The position numbers and the translations under genes are program-made. Of a stretch of DNA of 64,000 bases, positions 27,555-42,519 are shown piece by piece (the stretch's first letter is position 1; each line of letters opens with the position of its first letter). The notes beneath the pieces were generated by a model. It ran no database searches. It was not told where the DNA came from and worked only from the letters and a program-made list of their open reading frames with translations. The stretch comes from Neocallimastix sp. 'constans' (lineage: Eukaryota): assembly GCA_050613775.1 (NCBI GenBank), contig JBODTK010000012.1, positions 1,302,001 through 1,366,000 of the forward strand, in the 5' to 3' direction.

Positions 27555-28213
27555 GTCTTTCTAGTTTTTATCCTGGTGGTTATTACTCATGAGATTTCTT
27601 AGTATACCCTATACCATCTTAATTTATATGGGGTATTTTCTCCCTAACTTGGGTTTTCCCTTTGGATGAAATTGGAAGTTCGCTTACCTTGGGAAGAATA
27701 ATTTACGTATATTCTAGGACTCTTCTTAGGCGTTATGTTAAGGTCCTGTGTGATTAGGATCAAATAAGGTTCTATCCTGGTTATTAGTCCGTGGGTTAGC
27801 ATACATTAAACTAATACAAAATTATATGGGTTAGGTTATTTTAACCTCGCTTCAACAGGGAGATTACAAAATGAAGTGAAGAAGTACTCAGTGAAGTAAT
27901 ACTAGTAAAATTCTAAGTAATAATATGCATGTCAAAGCACCAATGCTGAAACACCCAGTAAGGTCGTCCAGTAGGAACATAACTATTCTTCAATCTTGAT
28001 GAAAAGCATGAAAGTCATTTGATATTAATAAAAGCCACTTTTTTTACATGTGACTGTTAAGGGTTATCATTCAGTACTACTCTTGCTTGAGATTAAGAAT
28101 CCCTGCTGAATGGTATGGGCAATTAACAATTGTTGTGGCTGTGTAATACATTATATATGCTTGTAGTGACTCATATATATTAAATAATACAAAGCTCGAG
28201 GTTGTATTCGCGG
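27555..28213 (+). mobile_element. Non-coding interspersed repeat (copy B), related at its 5' end to copies A/C but longer
   Basis: Begins GTCTTTCTAGTTTTTATCCTGGTGGTTA, matching the reverse complement of the 28691 end (GTCTTTCCAGTTTTTATCCTGAAGGTTA). Also shares AATTTATATG...GGGTTTTCCCT...ATGAA. Ends at a (TA)n run. Confidence 0.65.
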
Positions 28214-28289
28214 TATATATAAATATATATATGGTATTATGTAAAAAGAAGGGAGAAATTTATATATAATATATATATTTTTTTTTTTA

Positions 28290-28691
28290 GACAGGAATTA
28301 ACGAAAAAGGAGGGTAATGAGGTATCAAACTCTCATTGGATTCTTTACTACACCATTTTGGCTTCGCTCTAAATAAAATTAATAAGAAAGGCCTTCCTTA
28401 TACGCCGCTTTATAAAACGGACTTCTTTTCAGTGATCTTGAACCATCATCGACCGAGGAGCATCTATACTAATCCTCTCACGAATCAAGTGCTCTATACA
28501 TTAACAATTTTATAGTCTAACAACAGGAATACTTACTATAGCGAACGAAAACCGACTTCATTTATAGGGAAAAACACCCTTAAAGGATGAAAAATTGTCT
28601 CATATAAATTCAGGAAGTAGTCGGGGTTAATCCAGAAACTTTTTGCGTGTTAGTCCCGAATACTAACCTTCAGGATAAAAACTGGAAAGAC
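28290..28691 (-). mobile_element. Non-coding interspersed repeat (copy C), ~400 bp, ending in an A-run on the minus strand, flanked by TA-rich microsatellite
   Basis: Collinear with 22231..22632. The minus strand reads GTCTTTCCAG...TTCCTGTCT-A(n)-(TA)n. Confidence 0.75.
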
Positions 28692-30016
28692 TATGTATAT
28701 GTAGATATGTAGATGTATAAAAGTTTAAAAAAAAAATATATATATATATATATTTATTACCTTATTTTATGAACATTAATGTTACACATATCAATAAATA
28801 CTTCTAATAGTTTGTATTTTATTATAAATGTACAATACGTAAAATCAAAGTAAAAGTAGTACTTGTTACACAGATTTATTTATTTGAATAATCAATTATT
28901 CCAATACAAAGAAAGTTAATGTACATTATTGTAAATGTATTATAAAATTTAAAAAAAACTATTATCATAAAATTTATGGATAAAAAAAAAATTATTAACT
29001 ATTAATAATTAATAATTTAAAAAAATATATAAATGGATTATATCATTATTTCTTTTAATTAATAATTATGTATTGTTTAACTGAAACTCTATTCATAAAT
29101 GATAAAAACAAAAATAAATTAAAATAAAATTTATATATCTATTGAACATAATACTAATTTAAAAAATTTTCAGTACATTTTAATTATAACTTTATTTTAT
29201 TAATATGAACATTTTTAATCATAATCTTTTAATTTATCGTTTATAAATAATTCTTCAAAAAAAATAATATAAAAAATATAAATGACAAAAGATGATATAT
29301 ATTTATTATTTTAATTATTTATGCATAGTATACAATAAAAGTAAAATTTATATTAAGAAATCTATTTTATAGATTTTACTATTTTAATTATGAACAAAGT
29401 ATATTTATATATAAATTAATATTGTATATGTATTATATGTATTATAAACATTATGAACTATCATTTATAATAGTTAATTGAAAACTTAAATCATATTATT
29501 ACCAAAAAAGAAACAAAAATTAAATAAAATATTAATTAATCCAGAAATAAAATTTTAATTTTTAATTAAAAAAAAAAAAAAAAAAAAATATATTAAATAA
29601 AATATTATTAAATCCAAAAATTTTAATTTTAATTAAAAAAAAATATATATATAAAAGAATCCTTTTTTTCTAATAATTTGAAAAATTTGAAAAATTTTTA
29701 AAAAATACTTTATATATTTACGAGAAAATTATTATTATATTTATTTCAATAAAAATTACTAATATTATATAAAAAATTAACGATTAATAAAAAAGGTACT
29801 AACGAAGTTATAATAATTGTTACATAATTTATATTGATATATATTTATAAATTATTAAATGATTTTATTTTTTTTGAAATAGAAAAAGATAAAAATAAAA
29901 ACTCATTATTTTAAAATTTATTATGCTAAATTAAATGTTATATTATTTTACATATAAAATACTATTTTTATATATAGTAATAAAATTAAAATCAATTAAA
30001 ACGAATTAAAAAAAAA

Positions 30017-32035
30017 ATGTCTTGTGAAAAAAGTAATAAAAGAGAATCAAGCAATTCAGAAAATACAAATATAAATAATTCAAACAATTTTGGAAATTCA
30101 AATAATACTCCAGTTTCTAATTCAACAACAAACAATAATGAAAAAGAAAATTTAGGAAGTACATCTCAAATCCAAAATTCTCCAGATGATAATTTAGAGT
30201 TACCATCCTACGAAGAAGTACTTAATTTTCAATTATATTCTGAAGAAAATAGTGAAAATTTAAGTCCTAGATCATCTCAATATGCTCCTAATAAAAATCA
30301 GTATGATTCTTTTGTAGATCATCAATCTTCTCAGATATATCCTGCTCAACAAATACCACAATCACAACCACTACAACAAAAAGCCCCAGGAACTCAACAA
30401 CAACAGGATTCACCTTATTTATTAAATAACACATCTAATAATACTTCATTTTTACAAATTCAACCCTCAAAATCAATTACATCCACAACTAGCACTAGCT
30501 CATTTTTAATTGGTCAACCTGTAAGTACTAGTTCAAATACTTCTCAACCAATAAATCCACTAAATTCTGCCAATAATGATAGTACAACTCAATCTTCTAA
30601 ACCGGTAGAAACTAATAATATTTCTTATCAAATAAAACCTGGCCAACCTGTTCCACAAAATAGTTATTTCCAAGTTCAACAGGGCCAACCTGTCACACAA
30701 GGTATTTATTCATATGTAGTTTCACCAACACCTATTAATGCTAGTGCTAATATTTATCCAACTGCCCCAACTGTATCTCAATGTAATGATAAAGAAACTT
30801 TTTCTCAATCTATTCCATCATCTAAACATACTTTTAATTGTAATAAACCAGAATCTGCTTCTAATCAAAACTTTGAAACTTGTTATGATGGAGAATATCA
30901 GGATATGAATGACACCATTACAATTAGCACTGGTACATTTGGTACTAGAAAAATTCAAGTAAAAGCTTTAGCCCGTGTAAATATGGTAAAAAGTACAATT
31001 GGTAATAATATTATTGATATTCGTGGTGCACGTTTATTAAATGGTGAATCTCAAATTATTTTTGATGGAACTCTTGGTCGTCTTATTTTAGTTGTACCAA
31101 AGTATTTATCATTAATTATTGAAGATCAGTATTGTATTGGTGAAGTTTTAAGTCATCGTCCAACCGAAGTTCCGGTAAATGAAGCAAAGAAAAAAGGCTT
31201 ACCAATTGTTCGTGTTATGGTCAAGAATACACTTGGAGATGTTAACATTATCGAAAAAGGAGTTAATATTTCAGTTTCAACTGAAAGTCTTAACCTTGAA
31301 ATAAAAAAATTAAGAAAGGAATATATAAAAAATAATAAAAAATTAGGAAAAAAAAAAACAAAAAACAATAATATGGAAAATTCCAATGGTAATAATTATG
31401 GTACTTCTCTTATTAGTATGAAAGCGATGTTCAAGAAAACTTTTAATAGTGCTAAACAACAAATTAATAATCAAGTAAATAAACCTGTAAACCTTACTCC
31501 ATATCATCCAGCAGCTCAATCTACATCTTATTCTTATACTACAACTGCTCCTTACGGCGTCCCTACACAATCTTCTTCTACTTGTAGTACATCAGTTTAT
31601 CCATATTCTAGTCAACTTAATTATTCTTATTCATATCAAGGTTATCCATTACAGGCAACACAAGGTGATTATCCTTTAACTTTTCAACAAGTTACAACTA
31701 CTGCTCCATACTCTAGTTTACCATCTGCTCCAATTTCTACAACAAGTTTATCCTCTACTGGATCTATTTCTGTAGGACATGCTTCTTCTCAAAATTATAT
31801 AACTAATCCACTAATTGTTAGTACAGCCCCTCCTAGCTCTGTAATTGTTACTTCTTCAATAGGATCACAGCCAAATGGAAATGTTAATATTAATGCATCT
31901 CCTTCCTATTCCATTGTTCATCCCTGTATTAATACATCCAATTCAATTTCAGCTACTGCACCCCCTATTATTTTTTCTTCAGCTTCAGAAACTCCTACAA
32001 CAAATGCTAAGGTTCCATATCCTCCTAGAGCTTAA
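30017..32035 (+). CDS. 672-aa Q/P/S/T-rich protein with a central LiaF C-terminal (DUF2154)-like beta domain and an LPSY motif
   Basis: Intronless ORF. About aa 300-415 reads STIGNNIIDIRGARLLNGESQIIFDGTLGRLILVVPKYLSLIIEDQYCIGEV...PIVRVMVKNTLGDVNI, which fits the G-xx-h-D-h...G-x-h-x-h-x-VP...h-x-h-x-h...GDV-x-I pattern as I recall it. LPSYEE near aa 62. The domain call is by eye. Confidence 0.8.
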   Translation: MSCEKSNKRESSNSENTNINNSNNFGNSNNTPVSNSTTNNNEKENLGSTSQIQNSPDDNLELPSYEEVLNFQLYSEENSENLSPRSSQYAPNKNQYDSFVDHQSSQIYPAQQIPQSQPLQQKAPGTQQQQDSPYLLNNTSNNTSFLQIQPSKSITSTTSTSSFLIGQPVSTSSNTSQPINPLNSANNDSTTQSSKPVETNNISYQIKPGQPVPQNSYFQVQQGQPVTQGIYSYVVSPTPINASANIYPTAPTVSQCNDKETFSQSIPSSKHTFNCNKPESASNQNFETCYDGEYQDMNDTITISTGTFGTRKIQVKALARVNMVKSTIGNNIIDIRGARLLNGESQIIFDGTLGRLILVVPKYLSLIIEDQYCIGEVLSHRPTEVPVNEAKKKGLPIVRVMVKNTLGDVNIIEKGVNISVSTESLNLEIKKLRKEYIKNNKKLGKKKTKNNNMENSNGNNYGTSLISMKAMFKKTFNSAKQQINNQVNKPVNLTPYHPAAQSTSYSYTTTAPYGVPTQSSSTCSTSVYPYSSQLNYSYSYQGYPLQATQGDYPLTFQQVTTTAPYSSLPSAPISTTSLSSTGSISVGHASSQNYITNPLIVSTAPPSSVIVTSSIGSQPNGNVNINASPSYSIVHPCINTSNSISATAPPIIFSSASETPTTNAKVPYPPRA

Positions 32036-32525
32036 AAAGAACTCTATAATTAATAAAATATTGTTATATATAATAAAATGATAAACAAAAAGTTATGTTT
32101 AAAAAAAAAAATCTTTTTTTTTTTGTTAATATTATTTTTATGATTTGTTACAATCTATATTCACCAAAATAATGAAACTATTCAAATATTTAAAATATTA
32201 AATTTATATTGTTAAATATAAATTTATTAATTATGGATTTTTTGTATATATTAACATATATATATATATGCAGTATTTATATTATTTTCTAATATTATAA
32301 GTAACGCATCTCTCCCAATTTTTTTTTTTAATTTGTTTTAATGATAATTAAAACCTAACATTAACATTAATTTATATATATATTAAACTAGGATAATATT
32401 AATAATATATTATTTCTAAAAAGTAAATAGTATTCTAACATAAAATTGATATAAAAATAACAAAATTTGCTTTTTTATATCAATAATTTACTTTTTGTTA
32501 AAGTAATGTTAGTATTATTAATGAT

Positions 32526-32558
<33 letters not shown>

Positions 32559-33188
32559 TTTCTCAGATTTATTCATTCTTACTTATAACATATAATGATA
32601 TGCATTATACTTTTTTGTATTTATTTTTATTATATAAAAAAATTTTATTTATAACTTATAACTATATATTTTTATTTTATTAATTTATAATAATATATAA
32701 GGTTATTAGTTATAAATAAAGAAAATAAATAATAAAATTCAATATTCTTATTTAATAATTATTTTTTTTTTTTTAAAAAAAAATAATCTTTTCATAAATA
32801 ATGCTTTATTCTTATTAAATATTTTAACAAATAATAAATAAAAAGATAAAAAAAAATAAGAAAAAAAATAACAAAAGATAATATAAAACAAAAAATAATA
32901 AAAAAACAAAAAATAATAAAAAAATAAAAAATAATAAAAAACAAAAAATAATAAAAAAACAAAAAATAATAAAAATACAAAAAATAAATAAAATTTAAAA
33001 AAATTTTATTGAAAATAATTAATTATAATTGAGTAATATATATATTAGATATAATATTTATAATATTTGATATTCAATTCTAACCTTATATCAAATAATT
33101 AATAAGTATATAATAATATTTATTATTTATTAATTCATATTTATTATTTAAAAATTATATATTTTTTTAAATATTTTTATATTTAATA

Positions 33189-33266
<78 letters not shown>

Positions 33267-34653
33267 TAATAATAGAAGGTAAACCAATTAACATAGCTTT
33301 TTATTTTTATTTTTTTTTAAATTTATATATATATTTTTTTCGTTAAATATTTTAATATTTTTTAAATTTATTGTTAAATATTTATTTTAAAAAAAATTAT
33401 AAATCGAATATGCGTTTAATCAATAGAGTAATTTCTTTTATATTTCATATCAATTACAACAGTCATTTAGATTTAAAGATTAGAATGGATAAATAAATAA
33501 ATAAAAAAAAAAAAGAAAAAAAGAACTATTTAATAGTTAGGAGTAGGCCGTTTCAAAAAATCTTAACTAAGTTTTTAACGTTTGAGAATACAATTAAGTA
33601 TTATAATTTAATTAAATATATATATATATTTATTTAAATCTATGTTAATAATCCATTACATTACTATTATTAATTGTACTACTATTACTGGTATTGATAC
33701 TACTATTAGTAATAATAATATCAATAATAACAATAATAATACTACTGGTACTATTAATAATTTATAATATAATAATATTTATATTATTAATTATGATTAT
33801 AAATAATATAAATAATATATTATATATATTTATAAAATAAATAATATATAATATAAAATAAATTATAAATACAAAATAATTTCAATTTAGCATTTTTTTA
33901 AAATTTTATAATATATTTATAATATATGAATAATAAATTATTATATATTCGTATTTATTATTTTTATTTATAGTTGTATTACAAAATAATAATAAAAAAG
34001 TTTTTTATTAAAATTTAAAACTCGTGAACGGTTCAATTTAACACTATTACAACATAAAAGTAATTATAAATTACATTAATTGTAATTAAAGATTAAATGA
34101 AAAAATTGGCCACAAAATTTTTTAATATTTCAACAAATAATACTTTTATTGAATATTTTGCTTAGACTTTGCCATATTTTAAGGGTGATAAATGTAAAAC
34201 AACCCTTACTAAGGATGAAACAATCAAACTTTAATTTATATTTAATAAAACATGATTTAACATTATTGATATAAAAATATACTAATTTTTAATGAAATTT
34301 ATATGACAGAAAATCTTTTATATAATAATTATTATTTATTCTATAAAGTTTAACTTGCCACAATGAATGACCAACAATCCAATTACTGGTTACTACCAAG
34401 AAACTAACAAATATTATGAAATTATGTAAATTATGTGATTTTTTTTTTTTGGACTTTAATATTTATCTATATATACATATATGAGAATAATATATAAAAA
34501 TTTCAATTATTATATAGAAACAAAACAAATAAATAAAAAAATAGTATTATATTATTTATTTAAATGATATATGTGATATATATCATTTAAATTTAAATAT
34601 GTCATATTGGTTTTTAAATATCATATAATTATATAATTATGAAATATTAAATA

Positions 34654-34686
<33 letters not shown>

Positions 34687-35666
34687 AAAAAATTTTAAAT
34701 AAAATTAATAAAAATAAAAATATTTGATCAATTGTATATTTTTATTTTTTATTTTATATTTATTTTTTATTTGTTTTTTAAATTACCTCTTAATGAATTA
34801 TAACAAATAAATAATGACTAGTAACTAAAGAAATTGTTAATAAATAAAAAGAATGAATAAATAAAAAGAATGTATTATATAGTTTATTTTTTTTTATAAA
34901 AAAAAATAAAGTTTAAAAATAAATAAATAATATTTATTATTTAAATTTTATTAATTAATTAAAATTATAATAAACTTTTTTATTTAAATTTCATTATTAT
35001 GTAATTTACTATTAAATAAAGTTTTTATAATTAAAATTTAATTTTACTATATAAATATTTAATATTTTCTTTTTTTCTGAAATTTAAAAAAGTTTTATTT
35101 TACAAAAATTTTTCTTTATAAATATATAAAATAGAAGTATTTTTTTTTTTTTTTTGTTTATATTTTTTTTTATTTCAATATTTATTATATTTTTTGGGTA
35201 ATATTTTTCTTCTAAAATACTTAAATTTTAAAATATTATTCTTTTACATATAAATATATTAAATCTAATTTTTAAATAGAAAAGAATTTAAAATGCTAAA
35301 AAAAAATTAAAATGTTAGAAAAAAATTAAAATGTTGAAAAAAATTTAAATTTATGAATAGAAAATTAATATTATTAAATTATCGTATATTTATCGAAATT
35401 GATTATTATATATATTTTTAATAAATTCAAAATATTGAAAAGAGTAAAAAGCAGTGATATATATTAAAAAAAATTGAAATAAAATTTAATTATTTTAACT
35501 TTTAACTTTTTGTATATTTATAAAGATAATTATAACATCAGATATTATATTTAGATATAGTATTTGCTTGTGAAGAATTTTTTGAAATTGGAAATTTTGG
35601 AAATTTAAAAGAAATACCATATAATACTATATTTTTATTTATATAACAAATATAATATAAAACAAA

Positions 35667-38878
<3,212 letters not shown>

Positions 38879-39166
38879 AAAAAATAAAAAAATAAAAAAA
38901 TAAAAAAAAAAAAATAATAATATATATATATATATAATAATCAAATAATATACACAATATATGAATAAAATGTTAAATTGAAAAAAATGTATATATATAT
39001 ATATATAAATATAATAAATATTTATTTATTTTATATTTATTATGTTAAAAATAAAATAAATTAAAAAAGTATTATTTATTTTATTTATATATTTATTTAT
39101 TAATTTATTAATTTATTATTATTATTATTTATTACTAGTTTGTATTATTATTATTATTATTATTAC

Positions 39167-39218
<52 letters not shown>

Positions 39219-39420
39219 AAGAAATTTGATAATAATAATAATAATAAAAATAAGAATAAAAGAATAAAAATAAAAGAAGAATAAATAAAAATAATCTATT
39301 CAAAATAATAATTAAAAGTATTTTTTTTTTTTCTTATATTTATGATGTTAGTTTTATGTTAGTAATATATATATATATATATTTATGTATTTCGTATTTC
39401 GTTGGCATAAGTTTATATAT

Positions 39421-39493
39421 CTATTGGGTTTTATTGAAGCCTTTAATTAATCGTAATATAAAATAGGATTAAGGCTTTGATAAACCCCAATAG
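39421..39493. repeat. Short imperfect inverted repeat (possible tiny MITE or hairpin)
   Basis: CTATTGGGTTTTATTGAAGCCTTTAAT ... ATTAAGGCTTTGATAAACCCCAATAG: ~26-bp arms, TA-rich flanks. Confidence 0.65.
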
Positions 39494-39849
39494 TATAATT
39501 TATAATATTCATTGGAATGAATAAATATTTAATGAATGAATGGATGAATAAATAAATAAATAAATAAATAAATGAATAAATAAGTAACTATGTAAATAAA
39601 TTATGAAAATAAATACTTTTAATTTTACAATATCAAAATTTTATTTATTATTTATTTATTATTTGTTTATATATATATATATATATTCATATTCATATTA
39701 TTTTATATATCTGTTTATTATCTAATTTTTTTTAAAGTGTCTTTATATTCATGATTTTATGCAAATTAATTAATATGTTTATTAGGTTTTTTTTTTTTTT
39801 TTATGTTGTATCAAATGAATGTACTATTCACTTCTTTCCTAGTTAATCA

Positions 39850-40700
39850 TAATACTTAAAGCATGTCGGTCTCCATTTGATGGATTTTGTTTTTAAAGAT
39901 ATTCCTGTGACCTTCCAAAGGGAAATGAATAAAATACTTCTTAGGAGTTTTAGGTAGCTGTGTATTTGTATTTATTGCTGAAGTTTTTATTTTTTTTCTG
40001 AAGGTATAAATGAGTATTTAGAACATATTGGTCCGGATCCTTTCTTTTTTTTTTTTTTTTGAAAAAATATTGATCTTAAAGTTAATATTATTAAATGTCA
40101 TTTTTATGATGGAGGAGAGAGAAGTATAAATCCACATGATTATTTCGAAAGGTTTAAAAAAAAACTATTGAGAAGAAAGTTCAAGTTAATAAGGAATAAA
40201 AATGTCTTAAGAAAATAATAAGTGAATTAACGTCATTCTTTTTTAGAAACTATTGAATATTAGAAAATTTTTATATTAAAATTCTGGGAAAACCGTTACT
40301 TTCTTAACTAAATTACTAAATTGTTAAGAAAAAAAAAAATAAAAAAAAAAAAAAACATAAAATTTAATTAATAGTCTGAAGCACAATAAAAGAGCTTTGA
40401 AGAGCTCAAAGGAAAACTTATAAAAGCACCAATTTTAAAATATTCTGATTGCAATGAACTTTTTCAATATTTAAAACAGGTACATCTAATAAGGATATCG
40501 ACGGTATTTGTATACTTTTCCAAATAGAAACATCTGATAGATTAAAGTATTCAGTATATTTTTTGTTAATAGATTTTTTACTAAACCCAAAAGAAATTAA
40601 GGTATAACAGATTTAGAGGGTACGGCAGTTCAATGTTGCTATATAATAAATTTAAATATTATATTATATGTAGTAGGGTAACTACTATGACAAAAAGTTT
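39850..40700 (+). pseudogene. Decayed Ty3/gypsy pol (RT-connection-RNase H)
   Basis: Frameshifted remnants: P.TFQREMNKIL, CVFVFI, RKF....LTKLL, SEAQ*KSFEELKGKLIKAPILKY.D, K.RN*GITDLEGTAV (gypsy AERNYSITELE-type RNase H motif). Confidence 0.8.
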
Positions 40701-40819
40701 TTTATATCATTAATTTGTTTTTTCATATTCTAAAATAAATTAGAAGGAAATTCCTTATTTTACTTCCAAACAAAATGAAAACAAAAATAAAAACAAAAAA
40801 AGGTCATTGATGAGATATA

Positions 40820-41570
40820 ATGATTTTAATCTAGCACTTGAAAAAGTGGAATATTCAATTTATCCAATGGATAAATGACGGACTGATCACCTTTTACCAC
40901 AACTTGGACAACATTTGAGACAATTTTTCTGTTAACTGTACCACTTCTAAAGGCAATAATGGTGTTGTACTTCATCTAATCAAATCTTAGATTAAGCTTA
41001 GTGTATTTACAGCTAAGAAAAATTAAATAAAGTTCTTGTTGTGAATGAATTTTGATTTATCATAGCTAATCCCCTTAATACCTTATTTTGTAACAATATC
41101 AGACCAATAAACTTCAGTAGCATCATTATACTTTTTAATACATATATATATATATAAATATTATTATTTTTTTTTTTTTTTTTTTTTTTCTGGATTATTC
41201 TACGTAGAGTTCGAGATTCTTTAGCTCCAGGAATACTTACACAGAGCAGGAATATTTTTAATATAAAATCTTTAAGGATGTAATTAGAATTAATCCATTT
41301 ATAAAAACACTTGGTTTGTATTGATGCAGAGAAACCAACAATAGGGAAGATATGAAGGTCTCGAGAAAGGGTAATAAGCACTGATAGTAGAATTCTTTTT
41401 AACGTAACCTACGCATAATTAAACTATTCTTTGTTTTTTTTTTCATTATTGATTTTATGAGATTGAGACAAGGCACCATAACGTACTAGTATAAATTAAA
41501 AATTGAATACCACTTGTAGTACGAGTTTTATTTGAATCAGCAGAAGGACATAGTGAAGGACTCTTTATAA
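40820..41570 (-). pseudogene. Decayed non-LTR (LINE-like) retrotransposon ORF, C-terminal part
   Basis: Minus-strand remnants CFYKWINSNYILKD, KESRTL and KYNTIIAFRSG, plus a CPSCG...SFIHWI zinc-knuckle-like motif. Multiple frameshifts and microsatellite insertions. Confidence 0.55.
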
Positions 41571-42519
41571 TATATAGTATATGTTACTAATAAAAAAAAA
41601 AATTAACAATAATGATTATTTTATTTTTATTTATTTAGCTATATTTAATTATTTAATATATAAGATATATATTTTATTTTATTTGTTTATTTAATTTTAT
41701 TTAAGTCTTTTTTTTTTTTTATTTAAATTACATAAACTTAATCTAAAATAATAATTAAAATAGAAATCTAAAATTAAGTTGAAATATATATAATATTTAT
41801 TTTTATATGTATATTTTGATTATTCTTTTGTTTATATATATATGTTTATTATAGTATTTTATTGAAATAAAAAAAAAAAAAAAAAAAAAAAATGAAGATA
41901 TACATTGATTTATAAGATAATAATTAAGAGAATAAATTAATAAATAAATAAAAATAAAATAGTAATTTATTTAATTGAGTAATGATTATTTTTAAAATTT
42001 TATTATATAAAAATAATATAATAAAAAGTATTTAAATTATGTTATCGCATCACTGTTTTATAAATAATATTTAAAAATTCTATATAAAAAAAAAAAAAGA
42101 AAAAAAGAAATTTATAAATTGCATATAACTAATTTTAGTTATATTTATTTAAAAAGTGATACATTAATATAATAATGACTATGTTTTCAACTTTTCACTT
42201 TTTCTTTTTTCTTTTTTTTTAAAGAATTTTTAAATTATTAATAAAAATAATAGACTATTTAATATTATTATTTTATAATTTATAATTTAAATATAAAAAT
42301 AAAATTTAATTAATTTAATTATTTTCTATTATAATTATTATTTCTTTGGTAAAAAATGTAGTAAATATTTGTATAATTATATACATTAATAAAAATAATT
42401 TTAGTTCTTTAATAATTTATTCTTTAATAGTAAAAGTATAAAATTTTAAAATAAAAACCTAATAAATCTATAATTTTTTTTTAAAATAATAATAATAATA
42501 TTAAAAAAAAAGATATAAT

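Noticed and set aside
28021..28070. Twister ribozyme (TAA-TAAAA-GC-CAC...GTG-A)
   Set aside because: The 5' part resembles twister L1/P2/P3, but the P4-L4 (GUNNNAAGC) and T1 pseudoknot elements are absent.
27555..28691. Single DNA transposon with TIRs spanning copies B and C
   Set aside because: Copy C's inner boundary (28290) coincides with the boundary of stand-alone copy A and a (TA)n spacer separates B and C, so two tail-to-tail elements fit better. Not fully excluded.
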